DNA of 124,000 nt from Wallemia ichthyophaga EXF-994. Its lineage: Eukaryota; Fungi; Basidiomycota. Position numbers and translations under genes: made by a program. This document shows positions 120,714 to 124,000 of the stretch, piece by piece (position 1 is the first letter of the stretch; the number at the start of each line of letters is the position of its first letter). The notes under the pieces were generated by a model. That model saw nothing but the letters and a program-made list of their open reading frames with translations, was not told where the DNA came from and did no database searches. The stretch is taken from assembly GCF_000400465.1 (NCBI RefSeq), contig NW_008806281.1, positions 20,001 to 144,000 on the forward strand. Reading direction: 5' to 3'.

Positions 120714-120828
120714 GACGGAATCTATTAAACTCGATAAGGCGAGCGATTGCGGGAGAGAAAGGAGGAAAAGAGCAATGTATAAATATTTACAAGTTCCAAA
120801 TAGATACTCAGGTATACTAAAATTACCT

Positions 120829-121654
120829 TCAAAGCGTGCAGTAGTTGTGTTTGAGCAATCCATAGCTACCTTTCTGTGCGTACTTTGCGACACTCTGGCC
120901 AAGTTTCGCAGCCTCACTCTGTAACTTCTCCTCGGAGCATACAACGTCGACTATACCAACCTCATTCAGCTGCGGTGGAGTCCAGCGCCTGCAATCCAGT
121001 ATTGTCTGTCTGATCAGCTGCCAGTTGTTGAGGCGACGCATCAATACCGAAAGCATGCCCGGGGGAATGTTAGAGGCGAATCTGAAGACCTCTCAGCAAT
121101 ATCCCTGATGATACCCCCACTTACTCATTCTCATTCATGCAGAACCACCCTCTGCCGTTGGATTTACCGACGATATAGTCACAGCAGAGCGCCAAGACGA
121201 ATCCCATGGCGAAGGCGTGTCCATTGACGGCTGCGATTGTGGGCACTGTATGATATCAACATGCAAATGAAGACAGACATAGAGTTGACTCACAGGGGAA
121301 ACTGGATAAACGGAGAATGAAAGGGTCTAGAATACTGGCGAAGAACATCTTATCGTCCAGCGCCTTATCGAGTACTAAACCGTTGCTGAAGAATTTCAGC
121401 CCTGAACCCGTGAGAACCAGAGATGCAGCCGGATACAAGTCGCTACGAAGGGACCTCCAATGAGATTCTACATCATCTAAAGCCTTGGATAACCCCAAAT
121501 CGAGGAAATCCCTTTCAATTCGGTTCTCTGGCTGGCCATTAGACAATCTATTCATCGTAATCTTGTAGATGTTTGAATTTGGCATTGAGAGAGTACACAA
121601 GTGCTCTCCATTGTGCTTGTAGTGCTTATCTTGAAATACAACTATGTCGGACAT
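120829..121654 (-). CDS. Enoyl-CoA hydratase/isomerase family (3,2-trans-enoyl-CoA isomerase-like)
   Basis: KFFSNGL, VAAVNGHAFA.G, R.W...Q. Confidence 0.85.
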
Positions 121655-121677
121655 GACTATACAGGTAATACCCGGTT

Positions 121678-122900
121678 ATGGCTTCCTGGTTCACAGCCAC
121701 CACGCATACCGCCGCAATGGATCAGAATCAGAATTTCAAAGTCGGTAGCCCAAATGTCTTCATCGAGGCTGCTAAGGATGCTCGTGAGTCTGCTATATTG
121801 CTGTGTCTTCTATTTTCTAACTCACCGGCAGTCTGGTCGCTACAAGCATGGCTCACCCAGTGTATGTCCAGCCGCACCAAAACTATCAATATAAACGGAA
121901 CTCAATATAATATCATAAAATACCTCTCAGAAGGCGCGTTCAGCTACGTGTATCTCGTCAGCGACGCGGACAACGTCTACGCGCTCAAGAAGATCACAAA
122001 CGGCGGCTTCGAAGGTGAAGTGGGATGCTACCAGCGATTCAAAAGCAAGTACATAATAAGTCTCCTCAACTACTCCATTCAAGATGGCGCTATCAACCTC
122101 ATCCTCCCCTACTTGAAGAAAGGCAACTTGCAGGACTATATCAATCTCAATTCCACCTTGGATGAGCGCATGTCGCTGCAACTGTTTAGTGGTGTGTGTC
122201 AGGGTGTGCAGGTGCTGCACAATCACTACCCCGCACACTCTCACTCCCGCTCTAGCTATCCTCCATCCTCAATTGACCAGGATGTCAACGACGAAGAGGG
122301 CGATCAACCTGGTCACGTCCCATACGCACACAGGGATATCAAACCAGGGTGGGTAGCCTTCGCCCACTATTACACCCCGCTGACCCAACTCATCCTCAAG
122401 GAATGTAATGCTCGCTGATGACGGCACACCCGTATTGATGGACTTGGGTAGCTGCATCAAGGCTAGAGTGCGCATTCATAACCGGTCACAAGCGCTCGTG
122501 CAGCAGGACATGGCAGCTGAGCACTCCTCTATGCCGTACAGGGCACCTGAGCTGTTCGATGTGAAATCGGATACCACTTTAGACGAGAAAGTCGACATAT
122601 GGGTGGGTGTTTATCGTAGCGAGGAATTTATCTTTCTGACATCAACAATAGTCTTTGGGTTGCACCCTCTATGCCCTCGCTTACTCTCACTCTCCATTTG
122701 AAGATCCAAAACAGGCCGCACAGGGTGGCTCTATTGCAATGGCTGCTCAGAGCGGCAGATTTACTTACCCTGCTAATGACACCCACTCGGATACATTCAA
122801 AGCAATTATAGAAGCTTGCTTGAAAATAGATCCTTCGAAAAGACCAACTATAAATCAACTCATCAGCATGACCGAACATGCCCTCAGTGTCGGTGTTTGA
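121678..122900 (+). CDS. ENV7: NAK-family Ser/Thr kinase (STK16/Env7-like)
   Basis: SEGAFSYVYL, ALKK, HRDIKP, LMDLGS, SSMPYRAPELF. Confidence 0.85.
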
Positions 122901-123022
122901 GAGGCACTTCACATATGCACACGATGTCCACCTACTACACGTTTCAATCGCGATTAATATGTACTTTTACAAACCCAAATAAAAATGCACTATGATGCCA
123001 GAATGCCACTGCCCCTGCCACA

Positions 123023-124000
123023 CTAAAATCTAAATGGCCCCTGATTGCTCGATGATACACCCGGAGACAGCATACCGTTGTTGGTCGTGTATGGCGGTGG
123101 TGGAGACGTCGATGTATTCATCCCAAAAAACCCAGGCGACAGTCTCGGTGAGGGCATGTTAACGTTTGGAGATGTGATTGGAATGTGCATCTCCCCATCT
123201 TTGTCTGAATGCGGTTTGAATCGTTTAGGCAGCAGTCTGTCTAAAGTGCGAACTGCGAAACGAGAGCAACACCACACACCACCAATCAATGCCGTCAACC
123301 TGATGAGGAGCTTAGTGAATGACATAGTAGTTGCGTTCATTTGTAGATGAATTGGCTCGAGATCGTATCTGAAGAAAAGTCCCGGAATACCTCGCTGGTG
123401 GTTGCTGATGGTTTTAATATCCTCGCGTGCCGAGTACTGATTCGTCGAGAGAGAGTGCCCCGACGCGTCGACATACGTCGTTGGAACTACGTGCATGAAA
123501 TACTGGTATACTGGGAAATGGTTGTTTGAAATCTCGACACTTCTGTCGAGCGGCTGTGCTATGTAAGGGAAGTGCTGACCGAATGAGAATTCGTCGATAG
123601 TGTGAGAGAGGTTCATTACTGGGAAATATGTGAGTGTTTTACTTTTATGCAACAGCTCGACCAACATTTATGATCCGTGTGCTCCAGGCTGCTATAGCCA
123701 TGACCAAGAGTAGTGATATGCATGTTACCGTTGACCTTCTTGGTTTCGACGCTGCCGTAGAGTCTACATGCTGGACCATTCTTGATGGGTTTCTTGGTTT
123801 TCTTGAAACGATTACGCGTACCCGTAGGTCTGAACCACTTCCTGCCTTTCCTGCTATCCTTTACAATACGACTGAGGGTGCTCTGCTTGTCGTGGCCCAT
123901 CTGATGGTATTTCTCCGGCTCAAAGGTGGTACCATCCTTTTGTATTCTATCGCTCAGCTTCAGCCTGTCGCCTACAGCATCCCTTATGTCTACATTAAGG
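123023..124000 (-). CDS. ERV41: ER-Golgi vesicle protein Erv41 (5' end off window)
   Basis: GPACRLYGS, HITTLGHGY, NLSH.I.EFSFG, YFMHVVPT.Y, PGLFFRYDLEP. Confidence 0.88.

Noticed and set aside
82-124000. Many short overlapping ORFs in the six-frame track
   Set aside because: Antisense or alternate-frame shadows of the real multi-exon genes.

Overview
Eukaryotic, gene-dense fungal chromosome segment with about 65 genes, short (~45-55 nt) GT-AG introns and very short intergenic spacers. Gene sequences are basidiomycete-like and the compaction resembles Wallemia (inference). Most genes are housekeeping (TRP synthase, SWC4, IRC3, DLD2, SEC9, RPL38, VPS18, PP2A-A, SIZ1, NRDE2, COQ6, MTHFR, FEN1, MAD2, BET4, MetRS, XPG, PEX16, MSL5, CDC23, ERV41 and others). 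There are four tRNA genes and several decayed islands: a LINE relic, a Reb1-like Myb pseudogene, an Argonaute pseudogene and a low-complexity pseudogene. Main observations: (1) a ~3,300-aa HMT1/ABCB6-type ABC half-transporter with a normal core followed by a Cys cluster, arrays of an 87-bp (29-aa) repeat and four extra ATPase-dead nucleotide-binding domains; (2) MAD2 and BET4 are head-to-head, as in budding yeast, and their start codons overlap in one CATG; several other divergent pairs have 17-25 bp ATG-to-ATG spacers; (3) the RING-type domains of both Vps18 and Siz1 have lost essentially all zinc ligands; (4) a disabled Argonaute; (5) a GC-AG intron at the start of the branchpoint-binding protein gene and a long structured intron in RPL38. 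Coordinates of multi-exon genes are gene spans read by hand, not full exon models.
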